NCBI RefSeq assembly: GCF_001194135.2
Contig: NC_068990.1
Span: 74,813,757-74,865,284 of the forward strand
Length of the DNA: 51,528 nt
Origin: Octopus bimaculoides
Taxonomy: Eukaryota
Reading direction: 5' to 3'
Below the pieces are notes generated by a model, which worked only from the letters and a program-made list of their open reading frames with translations, had not been told where the DNA came from and searched no databases. The position numbers and the translations under genes are program-made. Positions 47,440 to 51,528 of the stretch are shown here, piece by piece (the stretch's first letter is position 1; each line of letters starts with the position of its first letter).

Positions 47440-48494
47440 GATGATGATGATGATGATGACAATGATGATGAGGAAGATGAAGTCATATGTGATGTTAGTG
47501 ACCATCATGAGCAGTAGCAATGGAAGAACAGCTAGCTGCCAAATGTCTTATGTCTTATTAAGTGAGTCAAATACTAAAAGAATACCAGGAACCCACCTGG
47601 ACCTGTGATGGGTAGATGGAGAGGTGACAACACTGGAAAACTTTCAAAAATTAAAATCAGTACATTACGCCATACGTACACTGACCAATACGNNNNNNNN
47701 NNNNNNNNNNNNNNNNNNNNNNNNNNNNNNNNNNNNNNNNNNNNNNNNNNNNNNNNNNNNNNNNNNNNNNNNNNNNNNNNNNNNNNNNNNNNNNNNNNNN
47801 NNNNNNNNNNNNNNNNNNNNNNNNNNNNNNNNNNNGAGGAAGGTTTAATACAATAGTACTTAATTGATTAATTAATTGATTCATTAAAAATAAAGATGAT
47901 GGGAATCAAAGTGACTGAATGAAAGTGAGAGAAAAAAAAAATGTAAAACATATTCAGCCATTTAGCTTCTGCCGCTGGTATTTGGTTTGGAACTTCCAGC
48001 AAAACTATCACTATTATTTAATATTAGTGTATATATATAAAAAAAAAAAAATTATAAAGGTCAATGAGAAAAAAGTGCTTAACAGATTTTTTGAATTTTT
48101 TTTTTTTTTCTTAATGGATTTTTGGAACCTTAAAGAGTCTGTCCAGTCAAAGTTCATATAAGTCTGTGGTTTGTGATAAAATGTTTGACAGCCAGCTAGC
48201 AGGCGGCAGGGGAAAAAAAAATAATAAAAGTCTCTCTATATGGAGGATTTCCACTTGGCTATGGCTAGCTAGCTAGCTAGCTAACAACAACAACATCATC
48301 ATCATCATCACCATTGTCAGCTTCACCAACAGCTGCCTGTTACCTCCTCCTCTTACACTTCCTCCATCATTGTAATACACAGTTCCTTGATAATTGGGCA
48401 ATGCCTGTAGTTGCTGTGGTTCCTAACACCAACAACTGACCACACATGCTTGTACTGTACGTGACAGATTGTATGTGTTGTAGAGTAAATTTTT

Positions 48495-48500
48495 TTTATT
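48495..48500 (-). promoter_or_regulatory. Candidate polyadenylation signal AATAAA of the chromo-shadow gene
   Basis: TTTATT on plus, about 45 nt downstream of the stop codon. A longer 3' UTR toward about 47900 is equally possible. Confidence 0.25.
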
Positions 48501-48545
48501 TTCCACGTTTTTATACATTTTTTGTTTTCCCCTTTCTCTTTTAAT

Positions 48546-48827
<282 letters not shown>

Positions 48828-48939
48828 TCAACGAGTACATTGCTACTACCACCTAACTCATAGCATAAATGGAAGAAACACTTAACAGTGATTGGTGATA
48901 GGAAGGGCATTCAACTATCAAAACCTCGTAGTCTGAAGA

Positions 48940-49185
48940 TTGAGACAAATTTTTACAAGGACCCACTACATGAGACATTGGGTTTACAAGTTTTATTTTT
49001 CAAGCACAAGATCCAAATTTTGAATGAAATGCAAAAGTTTCTACTAACATAACAAATGCTTCAGCGTGTTACCGCGAAATTTATAGAGCAAAAAAGGCTT
49101 CTACTAAGCAAACAACTCTAGACTTGTTTTCTAAAAAGAAATCTACAAGTCCGTCTACGAGTGCTTGTGAATTGGTGATTGTTTG
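48940..49185 (+). mobile_element. Tigger/pogo transposase C-terminal fossil, antisense within the intron upstream of the CSD exon
   Basis: QAQDPNFE*NAKVSTNITNASACYREIYRAKKASTKQTTLDLF resembles the Tigger DPN.ERS.KV...CY.EIY.EKK..T.QT.L..F ending. Confidence 0.6.
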
Positions 49186-49549
49186 AGCTAGTCTAGTGGA
49201 AGTGATTAAGAAAACGATTATAATAATATATTTTTAATATAAGAGATCTTGACATTCTTTTTACTTTACATAAAATATTCTTTACATTCTACTGTTGTTT
49301 TTATTGTCATTTATTTACAAGTATTTCAAATTTTATGGGTAAAATATTTTTCTGGAAATGAATTACAATTTATAACATTGCTACTGTGGGAAATTATTGC
49401 TCTACTTTACGAGCAGCCTCCAGGGAGAGATCATGACAGCAACTTGTCAACAGAACCACCTAACATAGAGAAACAATAGCAAGAGGCCCATCTAAAGCCT
49501 GTGATGTTAAGAAAGAACTAGAAATGGCCTTAAGCTCTGGTTTTACAAG

Positions 49550-49910
49550 TGCCATACTATGTGGTAAGAGGCTTGCTTCCCAACATGGTTCTGCATGTCA
49601 CTTTGGACAAGTATCTGTTACTATAGCGCCAGGTCAACCAAAGTGGAAACTGAAAGAAACCTGTGATATATATATGTGCGTGTGTGTGTGTCTTTATCCC
49701 CACACCACTGCTTGACAACCAGTGTTTGTATGTTTACACCCCCATCCCGTAACTTGGCAGTTTAGCAAAAGACACTGGTAGAATAAATACCAGGTTTATG
49801 AAAATATAAGTACTGGGATCGATGCATCAAGCTAAAAAAAAAGAGAAATCAAGATGGTGCCTCAGCATGGCCGCAGTCCAATGACAAACAAAGGTAAAAG
49901 GAAAGAAAAG
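49550..49910 (+). mobile_element. SINE family B, diverged
   Basis: Collinear left arm, microsatellite and right arm. Confidence 0.8.
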
Positions 49911-50105
49911 TATTCCAATTATATTAAAAAAAAAAAAAAGAATTCAGTGATATTATGGAAAGCCTAACCCACATATGAAGTTTTTGAAATTAGATTTTGT
50001 ACTGAGAGGTGTGATCAACAAGGTTGGTATCCAAAGTGTTAAGCACAGATCTCTCACACACAAAGGAAACATTAACAAGTTTACAATGATTTCATTGTTT
50101 ATATA

Positions 50106-50421
50106 TACTCTTTTACTTGTTTTAGTCTTTTGACTGTGGCCATGCTGGAGCACCACCTTTAGTCGAGCAAATCGACCCCAGGACTTATTCTTTAGAAGCC
50201 TAGTACTTATTCTATCAGTCTCTTTTGCCGAACCGACCGCTAAGTTACGGGGACATAAACACACCAGCATCGGTTGTCAAGCGATGTTGGGGGGACAAAC
50301 AGACACACAAACACATACATATATATATATATATATACATATATACGACGGGCTTCTTTCAGTTTCCGTCTACCAAATCCACTCACAAGGCTTTGGTCGG
50401 CCCGAGGCTATAGTAGAAGAC
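50106..50421 (-). mobile_element. SINE family B, young copy; head runs into the gap
   Basis: Close match to the 15405-15799 copy. Confidence 0.9.
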
Positions 50422-51271
50422 NNNNNNNNNNNNNNNNNNNNNNNNNNNNNNNNNNNNNNNNNNNNNNNNNNNNNNNNNNNNNNNNNNNNNNNNNNNNNNN
50501 NNNNNNNNNNNNNNNNNNNNNNNNNNNNNNNNNNNNNNNNNNNNNNNNNNNNNNNNNNNNNNNNNNNNNNNNNNNNNNNNNNNNNNNNTCAACAAAAATT
50601 TGTATTATAACTTGACAACAATGACATAAATGAAACTAATGAAGAGAAGCAACAGAAGAAAGAAAAGGCAAGAACGTTAGAGTAATAAATGGGTTGTTTT
50701 CTCCCCCCCCCTCCCTCTCTTTCTCTCACACACACACACGTGTTACTTGCCAGTTACAGGTAGACAAATAACTTTTCAACAAACATTTGCAAGAGAACCT
50801 GCTGAATGTGAGCTGCCAAAACCATCTTAGTCTACTTGACAAATCTGCAAACCACTACTTGTCACAAATAGATTCTCTCTCTCTTCTCTCCACAATCTAG
50901 TAAAACTTTAAAGTCATAAACTGGCAGGTAGGCTTTTGAAAAGTTAAACACTGATTTCTTAAATGTTGAGTGAATTATTGACTGCACTTATTCTTCTTTG
51001 CTGATTATCTTTCCATTAAAAGACCCTTTCAGGGGAGAACTAAGCAATTTTCGTTTTAAGACACTCAGTCATGGAGAACTGTCAAGCGAGTTTGACAAGC
51101 ACAAGTCAGTGCTCCGTTTCTTGCTTTTGCACTGTTGATTGTATTCATCATCATCATCGTCGTCACTATAACCACCACAAGCTGCCGACATTTTAGGCCA
51201 TTTGTTTCGGTAGTTTAAACATTTAACACCTAACAGGCGAATATAAAGAATTAATAATATAGGAGAGTGAC

Positions 51272-51498
51272 CTAAAAAGACAAAACAAAAAAACCTTTAG
51301 GCTAAAATATTAAAGCAAATTACCAAAGTGTCTTCATTTAATATCCATTTTGTTTGGAACTCCATGGGTGCTAGGAATCTTGCACATCCTTTCCCAACAG
51401 TCTAAGTGACATTTTAAATCTGGAATCCCACCATTCTCAAGCCACATTGAAGGCAAATGATAATATGAAGGGGACAAAAACAACAACAAAACACTCAC
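51272..51498 (-). other. Possible 227-nt intron in the 5' region of a minus-strand gene
   Basis: Consensus donor GG|GTGAGT (51498-51493) and acceptor ttttgtctttttAG|G (51273-51272). An alternative acceptor lies at 51231-51230. No transcript evidence. Confidence 0.3.
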
Positions 51499-51528
51499 CC
51501 ACCGAAAAAAAAAAACAAAAAAAAAAAA

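Noticed and set aside
50589-50636. Candidate exon after the minus-strand polypyrimidine/AG at about 50637 as the missing chromodomain exon
   Set aside because: No frame resembles a chromodomain or hinge, and the adjacent 167-nt gap is probably filled by the SINE-B head.

Overview
AT-rich, CpG-poor animal genomic scaffold with 14 N-gaps, most flanked by microsatellites. It is dense in (AT)n, (GT)n, (GATA)n, (TACA)n, (ATT)n, (CAA)n and (CAT)n tracts. The repeat landscape resembles Octopus/cephalopod genomes (inference; not provable from the sequence alone). The only convincing host coding sequence is a minus-strand terminal exon (48546-48775) encoding a complete but diverged HP1/chromobox chromo-shadow domain; no chromodomain exon is visible in the window. 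The rest is a transposon graveyard: about 40 copies or fragments of at least four tRNA-headed SINE families; R4/Dong-type restriction-like-endonuclease LINE fossils sitting in (TAA)n and (TACA)n microsatellites; Penelope-like RT and GIY-YIG fossils; several mariner/Tc1/pogo fossils; and hAT and other MITEs. The strongest leads are: (1) a tRNA-headed SINE carrying a minimal type I hammerhead-ribozyme fold of the kind known from Penelope-like elements; (2) a possible chromo-shadow-only HP1 paralog; (3) several microsatellite-associated retroelements, including a (TACA)n-tailed RLE-type LINE. Family assignments come from motif recognition from memory, not database searches. Repeat boundaries are approximate (about 10 bp) unless a motif is quoted.
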